From: Verrucomicrobiota bacterium | GTDB lineage: Bacteria > Verrucomicrobiota > Lentisphaeria > Oligosphaerales > Oligosphaeraceae | DNA length: 64,000 nucleotides | Assembly (NCBI GenBank): GCA_019136135.1 | Contig: JAGVUR010000156.1 | Span: 533 to 64,532 of the forward strand | Reading direction: 5' to 3' | Shown: in pieces, positions 44,772-53,686 of the stretch | How the letters are laid out: every line of letters begins with the position of its first letter | Position numbering within the stretch: the stretch's first letter is position 1 | Program-made: the position numbers and the translations under genes | Notes under the pieces: model-generated | Database searches by the model: none | What the model saw: only the letters and a program-made list of their open reading frames with translations | Told to the model about the DNA's origin: nothing

Positions 44772-45788
44772 TTAAAGCTGGTGCTGAAGGAATGTTTCGA
44801 CAAGTTTGATTGATTTGACAGCGTCCTGAATCGAGGTCTCGGGCATGGTTCCATTGAGAATGCAGTCGATGAAATGACGGTCTTCGAAGTAATAGCCGTA
44901 GAATTTATGGAATTGATCGCTGTTTGCGAGGACCCTTCCATCAAGCTCGTCGGCTTTTTCATTGGCGGCTCCCGTTGACGCCAGCGAGTAGCTGACCTTG
45001 CCTTGGTGGGTCAGGATTTTTGTTTTCATCGCCATTTCGGAACCCATTCCCAAGTCGATGAAGGCGGACATTCCGACTCCGTGGATCTGGAAGTGGTGGG
45101 TTCGTCCTCCGACCCTGTAGTTGGCCTTGATGATTGCCGTGACATTGTTGTCGAAGAGGCAGACTCCGTTCCAGGCATTGTCGACCGGGCTGTCGTACCG
45201 TTTTGTCACGAGCGCCGTTTTGACGGCTTCGTCGGCATCTGCCAGGTACCTGAGCAGGTCGATGCTATGGATTGTATCCGAGACGAAGGAGGAGAGCGAT
45301 CCCTTGTCAAAGGCCGCGTCCCCATATTTGTAGAAGCATCCTTCGACCTGTGTTACTTGCGTTGCTTCCTTGACGATTTTCTTGGTTTCCCGTACGAGCG
45401 GGATGTAACGCCTGTTGAATGCGACCATCATGGGTTTCCCTGCGGCATCGGCTTTTCTTGCGAGGGATTCCGCCTGGTACGATGTGATTCCCGGTGGCTT
45501 CTCGATGAAGGTGTAGTATCCTTTTTCGATGGATTTCGTCGCCACATGGAACATGGAGCCAGGTTCGACAAGGCAGAAGACGGCATCGATGTCCTCGTTG
45601 GCGAACATGTCCTCGATGTGGTCGTATGCCTTCGGGATGTTGAATTTCTTGGCCAGGTTCTGAGCCTTGGTCGGGATGAGATCGCAGATGGCGACCAATT
45701 TAACCTCTGGGATCTCGACCAGCGAAGGGAGATGGACACCGTTGGCAATTCCGCCAGCGCCGACAAGTGCGACTTTGATTTCTGACAT
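44772..45788 (-). CDS. Gfo/Idh/MocA family oxidoreductase
   Basis: KVALVGAGGIANGVHLPSL...EKPPG... Confidence 0.88.
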   Translation of the reverse strand: MSEIKVALVGAGGIANGVHLPSLVEIPEVKLVAICDLIPTKAQNLAKKFNIPKAYDHIEDMFANEDIDAVFCLVEPGSMFHVATKSIEKGYYTFIEKPPGITSYQAESLARKADAAGKPMMVAFNRRYIPLVRETKKIVKEATQVTQVEGCFYKYGDAAFDKGSLSSFVSDTIHSIDLLRYLADADEAVKTALVTKRYDSPVDNAWNGVCLFDNNVTAIIKANYRVGGRTHHFQIHGVGMSAFIDLGMGSEMAMKTKILTHQGKVSYSLASTGAANEKADELDGRVLANSDQFHKFYGYYFEDRHFIDCILNGTMPETSIQDAVKSIKLVETFLQHQL

Positions 45789-46023
45789 TGTGGCTCCTTA
45801 CTAAATTTTGGGTTTGGGTGGGTTGCGAAAAACTAAAATATAGTGTGTTCGGCTAGATTTTTCCAGAGTTGGAATTAGCAGGCTTCTCAAGAAATCATAG
45901 TTATCCCAGCTGTTCAGCTTTTGCGGTCAAAAATGATATTTGGAAGTCAACATTTGAGGATGTCGGATTATATTACATTTTTCGGCGGGCAAGGGAGGTT
46001 CGGATCATGCAGGAATACGTCAG

Positions 46024-46506
46024 ATGGAAGAATGTCTCGAGCCTTGTTTCAATATTGTTTTGGTCGCCCCTGAGATTCCCCAGAATACGGGTACGATCGG
46101 TCGTTTGTGTGTTTGCACGGATGCGTCTCTACACTTGATTCGCCCGTTGGGGTTTTCCTTGGACGAGGCTCATGTTCGCAGGGCAGGGCTGGATTACTGG
46201 CCGTACTTGAACCTGAACGTCTATGAGAATTGGGACGATTTCCTGGAGCGCGCCCAGCCTGGGCGGATGATTTTCTGCAGCACGAAGACGGAACGCAGTT
46301 TATACGACTATCGTTTTCAGGAAGGCGATTGGCTTGTATTCGGCAACGAGGGGCATGGGTTGCCGGTCGAGTTCTATGAGCGTTATCGCGACCAGTTGTT
46401 TACCATCCCGATGCCTGGCATCCATTGCCGGAGTCACAACTTGGCGAATTCGGCTGCCATTGCCTTGTACGAAGGGTTGCGGCAAACTCGGTTTTCAGTG
46501 CGATAG
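46024..46506 (+). CDS. trmL: tRNA (cytidine/uridine34-2'-O)-methyltransferase (SpoU/TrmL)
   Basis: [21 protein letters not shown]...LHLIRPLGF...VFGNEGHGL...[12 protein letters not shown]. Confidence 0.88.
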   Translation: MEECLEPCFNIVLVAPEIPQNTGTIGRLCVCTDASLHLIRPLGFSLDEAHVRRAGLDYWPYLNLNVYENWDDFLERAQPGRMIFCSTKTERSLYDYRFQEGDWLVFGNEGHGLPVEFYERYRDQLFTIPMPGIHCRSHNLANSAAIALYEGLRQTRFSVR

Positions 46507-46553
46507 TATTTGTAGTTTTTCGTAGTAAAGAAGCGAAATTGGAGAAGCGAACG

Positions 46554-47387
46554 ATGTTCTTGATAGGTTGTCACTTGAGTATGGCGAATGGATTTGTCCA
46601 GATGGGCAAGGATGCGTTGTCCATTGGAGCGAATGTATTCCAGTTTTTTTCCAGGAATCCACGTGGGGGCAAGGCGAAGCCCATCGACCCCAAGGACGTT
46701 GAGCAATTCCTGGAGATGTGCGATGAACATCAATTCGGTCCCTTGCTTGCCCATGCGCCGTACACCCTGAATGGATGCTCGGCAGACCCGAAAATCCGGG
46801 AGTTTGCCACAGCGACAATGCGGGATGACCTGGAGCGAATGGAGCATACCCCGGGAAACTTGTACAATTTCCATCCCGGAAGCCATGTCGGCCAAGGCAT
46901 TGAAGCCGGAATCGAGATGATCGTGAAGATGCTGAACGAGATCATGTTCTCGGATCAGCGGACGACTGTGTTGCTGGAGACGATGGCAGGCAAGGGGTCC
47001 GAGGTAGGAAGTCGATTCGAGGAATTGCGCCAAATCATCGATGGGGTTACGCTTGCCGAGAAGTTGGGTGTCTGCCTCGATACCTGCCATGTCAATGATG
47101 CAGGATACGATGTTGTCAATGACCTGGATGGCGTTTTGGCCGAATTTGACAAGGTTATTGGCTTGTCGCGCCTCAAGGCTATCCATCTGAATGACAGCAT
47201 GAATCCGCTGGGGGCCAGGAAGGATCGGCATGCGGTGATCGGAGGCGGACACCTTGGGGTGGAGGCATTGGCGAGGGTCATCAATCATCCGCTCTTGCGC
47301 GCCCTTCCCTTCTACTTGGAGACGCCAAACGAATTGCCTGGATACGGCAAGGAAATCAAGCTGCTGAAGGAATTTAGGAAGGAGTAG
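46554..47387 (+). CDS. nfo: endonuclease IV
   Basis: IGCHLS...[11 protein letters not shown]...HAPYTLN...FHPGSH...[10 protein letters not shown]...[11 protein letters not shown]...HLNDS. Confidence 0.9.
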   Translation: MFLIGCHLSMANGFVQMGKDALSIGANVFQFFSRNPRGGKAKPIDPKDVEQFLEMCDEHQFGPLLAHAPYTLNGCSADPKIREFATATMRDDLERMEHTPGNLYNFHPGSHVGQGIEAGIEMIVKMLNEIMFSDQRTTVLLETMAGKGSEVGSRFEELRQIIDGVTLAEKLGVCLDTCHVNDAGYDVVNDLDGVLAEFDKVIGLSRLKAIHLNDSMNPLGARKDRHAVIGGGHLGVEALARVINHPLLRALPFYLETPNELPGYGKEIKLLKEFRKE

Positions 47388-47414
47388 GTTAACTTTTTCG
47401 GGAATTGCCCTCAC

Positions 47415-47490
47415 ACCATTTCTTGCAGATTTAAAGCGCGACTTCAAATCTGCAAGAGTGGTGCCGGGATAATCACAGTAGCAATAAACC
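47415..47490. repeat. 76-bp direct repeat, left copy (island boundary) with a 16-bp-stem hairpin
   Basis: ACCATTTCTTGCAGATTTAAAGCGCGACTTCAAATCTGCAAGAGTGGTGCCGGGATAATCACAGTAGCAATAAACC. It aligns with 50523-50598. Confidence 0.85.
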
Positions 47491-47690
47491 TAAAAAACAG
47501 CTGGCGTCCATCAGTCAATCGGTTAAGCTAGGTACGGGCACCCGGGGTGCTCGTACTCAGGCGGTTTCGCCGCTAAAGCGGCGAAACTGGGGCGTTCCCG
47601 GTCGGACGGGCGAGCAAATTTGCCCTGTTTCAAAGCAAGACGGGTTTAGGTACGGGCACCCAGGGTGCTCGTACTCAGGCGGTTTTGGAA
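47491..47690. repeat. composite REP/MITE block: MITE left end, two REP hairpins and one 10-bp-stem hairpin
   Basis: TAAAAAACAGCTGGCG at 47491; REP copies at 47530-47558 and 47648-47676; GTTTCGCCGC-TAAA-GCGGCGAAAC at 47564-47587. AATTTGCCCTG and CAAGACGG(T/G)TT(T/C)AGGTACGGG are shared with 20600-20660. Confidence 0.8.
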
Positions 47691-47903
47691 TTCATTTTTT
47701 ATTTTTATTTTTTTACATTTTTTAAAAATTTTATTGTTGTTTATCCTTGAAATACAGCATGTTATGAATATTATATTTAAATAATTTTTAATTTATTTTT
47801 ATAATTTTTATATTGAGGCTATTAATTACAAGGCAAGGTGTCAAAAAGACAGAATTTACAATAAAGATGTCAAAATAAAATATGAATGGCATGTTAATTA
47901 TTG

Positions 47904-48092
47904 ATGGAAATTCATTTGCTGAATCATAGTAAAGCAGGAAATCTCTTCAGTAGCATAGGAGGTTTTATTTCAAATACGATAGAAGGAGTGTGGGATATAG
48001 TTATGGAAAAAATAGCAGGAGTGGACTATAAAATTATAATCAAAGATAACACATCTATTCCAGATGGAAGTTTCCTCCGCCCTAAACAATAA
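47904..48092 (+). CDS. orphan small protein in the AT-rich block (uncertain)
   Basis: An open frame in very AT-rich DNA. An internal ATG at 48003 has a better RBS (GAAGGAG). I recognise no family. Confidence 0.3.
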   Translation: MEIHLLNHSKAGNLFSSIGGFISNTIEGVWDIVMEKIAGVDYKIIIKDNTSIPDGSFLRPKQ

Positions 48093-48162
48093 TAGTCGAG
48101 GTGCAACGAAATGAACCCTGAAAAAATTATAATTTCAGAGCATCAACTTTTTTTGGGGGCAG

Positions 48163-48726
48163 ATGAAGTCATTGCTTAGTTTGCTCAAAAAACATCCCAA
48201 AATAAGGTTGAGGACCTTTGTCTTAGTTACAATTATATTGCTCTTTATTTGTGTTTTGCTTATTCTTTTAAACGGTAATATCGATGAAAGTGGATATGCG
48301 AGTAATTTTGATAAAGTCCCTGGAATACAAGAAAAAAAAATCTTTGTAGATAAGATTGCTGTGGAAAATAATTTATTTTTTTATAGAATTGGATGGTTAG
48401 AAAACTGGAGTTTATATATAATAGGGAAATTTACATCAGAAACAACATCTATTTTTTTCAGTAACCCTAATACTTTTGGATTGTCAACACCTCGAATTAG
48501 CTATCAAGATCAAATACCTATAAGTTCTTGTCCTTGGACATTTAAGAATATTCCAGTTGATATCGCAAGTAAACTAAAATTGCGTCGAGAGGACAAGTTA
48601 TATTACTCTGACTTGGATGATAATCTTATATTATTTGAAAGTGGTTATGAAAAGTTCCATATAAGAATTTATTTGTTGGGCAGGAGTGGATATTTTATAA
48701 TATCTATTATCCATAATACACGATAA
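48163..48726 (+). CDS. orphan membrane-anchored protein in the AT-rich block
   Basis: MKSLLSLLKKHPKIRLRTFVLVTIILLFICVLLILL (N-terminal TM) followed by a roughly 150-aa Asn/Ile/Tyr/Phe-rich domain. Codon usage is unlike the rest of the window. Confidence 0.5.
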   Translation: MKSLLSLLKKHPKIRLRTFVLVTIILLFICVLLILLNGNIDESGYASNFDKVPGIQEKKIFVDKIAVENNLFFYRIGWLENWSLYIIGKFTSETTSIFFSNPNTFGLSTPRISYQDQIPISSCPWTFKNIPVDIASKLKLRREDKLYYSDLDDNLILFESGYEKFHIRIYLLGRSGYFIISIIHNTR

Positions 48727-48937
48727 ACCGCATGTTTGGAGCAAATAATCATTTAGAACTCAAATGACTGTTTCTCGAACAATATGCATATTTTTATATG
48801 CCTTATGACTACGGCAATCTTCGCACAGGTCCTGTCCAACTCGCCTTTTTCTGCCACCCTAGGTGAGTTTCTGTTGGCGCATCAGGGAATTTCATGGGTG
48901 CCTCCAGCATGCCGTTGCCCGTACCATGACTGCCTGT

Positions 48938-49063
48938 TCATGGCATTGACGGCATAAGGTCAAGCTTCGCGCAATGGAAAAGGATGGCGTTTCGGAAAGA
49001 TTCTTTGTTCCTAAATCCGCAGATCGACCGCTTGATTGACTCGATCTTGTTGTTCAACCCTTG
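48938..49063 (-). pseudogene. C-terminal remnant of an ISL3-family (IS204/IS1001/IS1096/IS1165-type) transposase
   Basis: The minus-strand translation QGLNNKIESIKRSICGFRNKESFRNAILFHCAKLDLMPSMP* matches the conserved ...EGxNNKIKxxKRxxYGFRNxxxFxxRI... tail. The frame is closed immediately upstream. Confidence 0.6.
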
Positions 49064-49315
49064 TCAAGGGCCGCATCAAAATGAGCCACCTATGGGTCGC
49101 ATCAAAACGCAACATCGATGATGCAACCAGCACTTGGCTTCCTGGTTTGCTGCACCCTTGCTTGACGCAATGCCGAAGCGTTTAGCTCAATATTTCGCAA
49201 GAATTGACTTGGTGGCATCTATGAGCTTCTGAAAAATACAAAGGAATACCTTGTTCCTAGCGATTCGCACGGACTTCGTGAGACCCTTGGCTTCGACGGC
49301 GGACTATGCGGGGTG

Positions 49316-50476
49316 TCAATCGACTATTTGGGCGGCGTCTTTGAAATTGATGTATTTCACGTCGTTACTGATTGGGGTCATGTCACCGCTATAGACTACA
49401 AAACCACTGGTGAATTTGGGTGATAGCTTTCGCAGTTTGCAGATGTTGGCGGCGAAGTCTTTGTTCCAGGTCATCGCGCCCTTGATTTCGGTTGGAATCA
49501 GCTGGTCGGGTGCTTTACGGAACAGGAGATCGACTTCGGTACCGGCGGAGTCGCGGAAGAAATACAAATCGGGTTCCTTGCCGGCGTTGCAGCGTGCTTT
49601 CAAGGCTTCGAGGACCACCATGTTTTCAAACAATCCGCCGAAGAGCGGATCGCGGGCAACTTGCGCTGGTTCGCGAATGCCGAGAAGCCAGGTTGCCAGG
49701 CCAATTTCGGTAAAGTAGAGCTTTTGGCTCTTAAGCAGGCGCTTGCCGAAATTTTCGTAATAGCAGGGCAGACGGAAAATGATGAAACTAGCTTCCAGTA
49801 TCGAGAGCCAAGCTTTGATTGTGGATGAAGAAACCCCGATATCGTTTGCCAGGGAGCTAAGGTTCAGCAATTGTCCGCAACGACCGGCCAGCAGTTTCAT
49901 GAAAGTCTCAAAGGTGCTGAGGTTGTTCAGGTTTGCTATTTGCCTGACGTCTTTATCGATGTAAGTGGCAAAATAGTCGCTGTAGAGGGTATGCGGTTCC
50001 AGCACGGTTCGGTAGGCACGCGGCATGAACCCCTTGTACAGATAGTCGTCTCGCTCCATGGTGATGCCGGCATCGCTCAGCTCTTGGATGGATAGCGGCA
50101 GCAAGCGCAATAAGCCAGTGCGTCCTGCCAGCGACTGCGAGATACCAGCACTAAGCTGTGGCTGATGGCTCCCAGTGAGTAGGTACTGGCCATTCATTCC
50201 TGATTCATCGACCATCGTTTGAATGTAACTCAATAGCTGCGGTACCCGTTGAATTTCGTCAAGGATGACTGGTGCCGGATAGGCCTGTAAAAACGCTCTG
50301 GCGTCGCTTTCGGCAAGGGCGCGAATATCGGGACTCTCTAAACTGACATAGCGCAAGTCCGGAAACGTGGTTCTGGCTAAAGTGGTTTTTCCTGATTGTC
50401 GGGGCCCGGTGATGGTAACAACGGGGTAGCCAGCCCAGAGATGCAAGAGTTGCTTTTGGATCTTTCGTGGAATCAT
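49316..50476 (-). CDS. AAA+ ATPase with DUF4143 domain
   Basis: VVTITGPRQSGKTTLA (Walker A), VILDEIQRVP (Walker B), and the typical C-terminal ...EVDLLF... module. Confidence 0.85.
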   Translation of the reverse strand: MIPRKIQKQLLHLWAGYPVVTITGPRQSGKTTLARTTFPDLRYVSLESPDIRALAESDARAFLQAYPAPVILDEIQRVPQLLSYIQTMVDESGMNGQYLLTGSHQPQLSAGISQSLAGRTGLLRLLPLSIQELSDAGITMERDDYLYKGFMPRAYRTVLEPHTLYSDYFATYIDKDVRQIANLNNLSTFETFMKLLAGRCGQLLNLSSLANDIGVSSSTIKAWLSILEASFIIFRLPCYYENFGKRLLKSQKLYFTEIGLATWLLGIREPAQVARDPLFGGLFENMVVLEALKARCNAGKEPDLYFFRDSAGTEVDLLFRKAPDQLIPTEIKGAMTWNKDFAANICKLRKLSPKFTSGFVVYSGDMTPISNDVKYINFKDAAQIVD

Positions 50477-50522
50477 GTCGTGCCTCCGTCATTGTGACTG
50501 GCTATAAGATAAACCGTTTCTT

Positions 50523-50598
50523 GCAAATTTAAAGTACGACTTCAAATCTGCAAGAAAAGGTGGCAAAATAGTCACAGTAGCAATAAAGACGGAGATTG
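50523..50598. repeat. 76-bp direct repeat, right copy (island boundary)
   Basis: ACCGTTTCTTGCAAATTTAAAGTACGACTTCAAATCTGCAAGAAAAGGTGGCAAAATAGTCACAGTAGCAATAAAG. Confidence 0.85.
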
Positions 50599-50622
50599 TT
50601 TTTCCAAATTTGGAGAGTTGGA

Positions 50623-51468
50623 TTAGCCTTCCAGGAACACGTTGTCGATCAGCCTTGTTTTGCCGAAGTATGCCGCGCAGGCCAGCAATGCGGGACGATC
50701 GATGGTTCCGTCGATTGCCCTGAGAGTATCTTGCGCGACGAGTTCGACGTAGTCGATTTTCCCGCCGGCTTCCTGGATGGATTTAGCTAGGATTGCCTTG
50801 AGGGCGTCCGGGTTTTTCTCGCCGTTGTTGAATGCTTTTTCGGCGCTGAAGATTCCCTTTGAGATGGCGAGTGCGCGATTTCGTTCGTCTTCGGAGAGGT
50901 ACCTGTTCCGCGAGCTTCTGGCGAGTCCATTGTCTTCCCTGACCAGTGGCGCCATAATGATATCAATGGGCACGTTGAGGTCGCGAACCATCCGCTTGAT
51001 GATCAGTGCCTGCTGGGCGTCCTTTTTCCCGAATACGGCGACTTGTGCGCAGGTGATGTTGAAGAGCTTAAGTACGACGGTGCAGACGCCCCTGAAGTGA
51101 ATTGGCCTGGACAGTCCGCAAAGGGATTGCGACAGCGAGTCTTCGGAGACCCAAGTAGAGAAGTCGGGCGCGTACATTTCATCGGGCGTCGGATAAAAGA
51201 TTGCATCGACTCCTCGAGCTTCGCAGAGCTTTTCGTCACGCTCGAAATCCCGTGGATACTTGTCAAGGTCTTCGTTGGGAGCGAATTGCGTTGGATTGAC
51301 GAAGATTGAGACGACGACCTTGTCAGCGTTCTTTCGGGCGATATCGACCAGCGAGAGGTGTCCTTCGTGCAGGAATCCCATGGTCGGGACGATGGCGACC
51401 TTGAGGTTGCTGGCGTGCCAGGCGTCGCATACCTGACGTGTTTCGGCGACAGTTTTGCAGATTTGCAT
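50623..51468 (-). CDS. panC: pantoate--beta-alanine ligase
   Basis: VAIVPTMGFLHEGHLSLV...VSIFVNPTQF...FGKKDAQQ. Confidence 0.93.
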   Translation of the reverse strand: MQICKTVAETRQVCDAWHASNLKVAIVPTMGFLHEGHLSLVDIARKNADKVVVSIFVNPTQFAPNEDLDKYPRDFERDEKLCEARGVDAIFYPTPDEMYAPDFSTWVSEDSLSQSLCGLSRPIHFRGVCTVVLKLFNITCAQVAVFGKKDAQQALIIKRMVRDLNVPIDIIMAPLVREDNGLARSSRNRYLSEDERNRALAISKGIFSAEKAFNNGEKNPDALKAILAKSIQEAGGKIDYVELVAQDTLRAIDGTIDRPALLACAAYFGKTRLIDNVFLEG

Positions 51469-51501
51469 GATCAATCAGGGTTATTAGCTTTGGAAAAGAA
51501 T

Positions 51502-52302
51502 TTAGTTTGCGGAGTTTTCCTCTGCCGGGAAGGTTGAATTTTCCACTTGTTTTTTGTATTCTGCGAGTGCATCCAGGGTGATTTGCCCTAGGTCTGCAAA
51601 TTTCTTTGCGTGTCTTGGAATGAAAGCGCCGCCCAGGCCAAGTATGTCGGTAACGACTTGGATTTGTCCGTCGCAGTAGGGGCCTGCTCCGATTCCGATC
51701 GTTGGAATCTTGAGTGTCTCGGTGATGGTTTTCGCCAGGAGTTTTGGCACGCCTTCGAGTACGACAGCGAAGGCGCCTGCTTCTTGGACTGCGAGTGCAT
51801 CGTCGATGATTTGCTGTGCTTCCTCGTTTCGCCCGTGAATTCTGTATCCTCCGTCTTTGAGTACGGATTGCGGCAGGAGTCCCACGTGTCCGAGTACGGG
51901 AATAGAGGCTTCGGTAATTCGCTTGATTGTTTTGAGCATCGCCGTTCCGCCTTCCAGCTTGACGCCGTCGGCGCCGGTTTCCTTGAGGTAGCGCCCTGCG
52001 TTTCTGACGGCTTCAGCTTCGGAAACCTGGTATGACAGGAATGGCATGTCGCCGATGACCATCGCATTCTTGACGCCGCGCTTTACTGCAGCCGTGAGCA
52101 TCAATGATTCCTCCAAGGTAACGGGGATCGTGTTTTCATAGCCGAGAACCGTATTTCCTGCGGAGTCGCCGACGAGGATGAGCTGAAAGCCAGCCTGATC
52201 GACAAGCCTTGCGGTGATGGCGTCATAGGCGGTAATGGTCGTGATTTTGCGTCCTTCGGCCTTCATCTTGGCCAGATCGCGAACTGTGTAGCGCCTTTCC
52301 AA
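51502..52302 (-). CDS. panB: 3-methyl-2-oxobutanoate hydroxymethyltransferase
   Basis: ITAYDAITARL...ILVGDSAGN...GDMPF...VKLEGG...GHVGLLPQ. The TTG start at 52302 is supported by AAGGAGG 6 nt upstream. Confidence 0.92.
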   Translation of the reverse strand: MERRYTVRDLAKMKAEGRKITTITAYDAITARLVDQAGFQLILVGDSAGNTVLGYENTIPVTLEESLMLTAAVKRGVKNAMVIGDMPFLSYQVSEAEAVRNAGRYLKETGADGVKLEGGTAMLKTIKRITEASIPVLGHVGLLPQSVLKDGGYRIHGRNEEAQQIIDDALAVQEAGAFAVVLEGVPKLLAKTITETLKIPTIGIGAGPYCDGQIQVVTDILGLGGAFIPRHAKKFADLGQITLDALAEYKKQVENSTFPAEENSAN

Positions 52303-52317
52303 TTTTGTCCTCCTTGG

Positions 52318-53649
52318 TCATTGCTTTTCCGGGAAGTGTTCGTCAATGAGATTCAGGGCGTGCTTTGAGCCGTTTGTGGCGGCTTTTGCCAGCCATTTCT
52401 TGGCTTCTTCCTTGTTTTGGGCTGTTCCAAATCCGGTGAGCAGGCATTCGCCCAGCTTCGCCATTGCTTCGGGTTCCTTCAGTTCAGCCGCTTTCGAGTA
52501 GAACTTGAAGGCGGCCTCCGGATTTTTCGGGATTGCCACGCCCTCTTCGTTGAAGCGTCCCATCAAGAACAGGGCCGGTGCGAAATTGTGGTTGGCTGAA
52601 GCCTGGATGAAGGATAGCGCCTTTTCGGGGTTTTGCTCCAGGACATAGCCATCCAAGTAGGCTTGTCCGACTCTGAATTCGGCGATGAAGTCTCCCTTTT
52701 GTGCGGCCTTCTGGTAGGCTTCGACAGCTTTTTGTGGCGAAGCGGACACACCGACCCCGTTCTTGTAGCAGTCGCCGAGGGCTACGATGGCGGGTGCGTA
52801 GTCGGCTTTTGCCGCGAGTTTATACCATTGGAATGCGACGTCTGTGTTTTTGACTGTTCCGAATCCTTTTTCGTAGCAGAATCCAAGTTTGGTTTGCGCT
52901 TCTGCGTCGCCTTCTTGAGCGGCGAGCATCAGCCAATTGAACATTTCGTCATAGTTGATCGGGACGCCGTGTCCCTTTTGGTAGCAATCAGCCAGGTGGA
53001 CCTGTGCCCGTCTGTCACCTTGCCTTGCCGCTGACATAAGCAGGTCTGTGATTTCTGTTGGGCTATTGGGCCTTCCCAGCCCATTGAGCAGGAATACAGC
53101 CGCCTTCCGCTGGGATTTAGGATCGCCTTGTGCGGCTAGCCTTCGGAAGTACTTAAGTGCCACGATGTAGTCGCCCTTCTGCTCTGCGACGTTGGCGATT
53201 TTCTGCATGGCCTCGGGGACTCCTTGTTCGGCTGCCTTGCTGTAGTAGTCCAGCGCCGTATCCAGGTCTTGCTTGACTCCGAATCCACCGTCATAGCAGA
53301 GTCCCAGGTTGAACATCGCCGTTGGGTTTCCCTGGTCGGCGGCCATTCTGAAGTACTTGACTGCCTTCTTGTAGTTTCGCTTCACGCCGCCTCGTCCGTC
53401 AAAGTAGCATTTTCCGATTGCGAGCTGCGCGTTGTGATTGCCTTGTTTGGCGATTCGCTCCAGGTTTTCTACCGATACCTTGTCTTCTTCCTTGGGCTTA
53501 TCGTAGGTTTTGAGATTCTGGGGTTCCGGCAAGTCGGGCTTGTAGATGGGAATGTCATTGCTCTTCTTGGGCTTAGAGGAGAATGGCCAGAAGGCGAATG
53601 CGATGTTGGTGGACATCGCGAGCGCGAGGATGAAAGCAATTGTTTTCAT
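52318..53649 (-). CDS. secreted Sel1-repeat (TPR-like) protein
   Basis: Signal MKTIAFILALAMSTNIAFA. About 10 repeats of the form A..W(Y/F).KAA.QG...AQ..LG.CY..G.GV.. Confidence 0.88.
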   Translation of the reverse strand: MKTIAFILALAMSTNIAFAFWPFSSKPKKSNDIPIYKPDLPEPQNLKTYDKPKEEDKVSVENLERIAKQGNHNAQLAIGKCYFDGRGGVKRNYKKAVKYFRMAADQGNPTAMFNLGLCYDGGFGVKQDLDTALDYYSKAAEQGVPEAMQKIANVAEQKGDYIVALKYFRRLAAQGDPKSQRKAAVFLLNGLGRPNSPTEITDLLMSAARQGDRRAQVHLADCYQKGHGVPINYDEMFNWLMLAAQEGDAEAQTKLGFCYEKGFGTVKNTDVAFQWYKLAAKADYAPAIVALGDCYKNGVGVSASPQKAVEAYQKAAQKGDFIAEFRVGQAYLDGYVLEQNPEKALSFIQASANHNFAPALFLMGRFNEEGVAIPKNPEAAFKFYSKAAELKEPEAMAKLGECLLTGFGTAQNKEEAKKWLAKAATNGSKHALNLIDEHFPEKQ

Positions 53650-53686
53650 GGTATGTGGCTCCCTGGCATGAGGTTGCGTAATCAAA

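Noticed and set aside
45789-46023. TPP riboswitch upstream of the oxidoreductase-pnuC-TPK operon
   Set aside because: I could not find the conserved CUGAGA or pyrophosphate-sensor helix sequences on the minus strand. This needs an Infernal scan to be definitive.
47415-47490. The island-bounding repeat as a tRNA or tmRNA 3' fragment (the usual att site)
   Set aside because: There is no T-arm (GGTTCGAATCC-like) or acceptor/CCA context. The single 16-bp stem is far longer than any tRNA arm.
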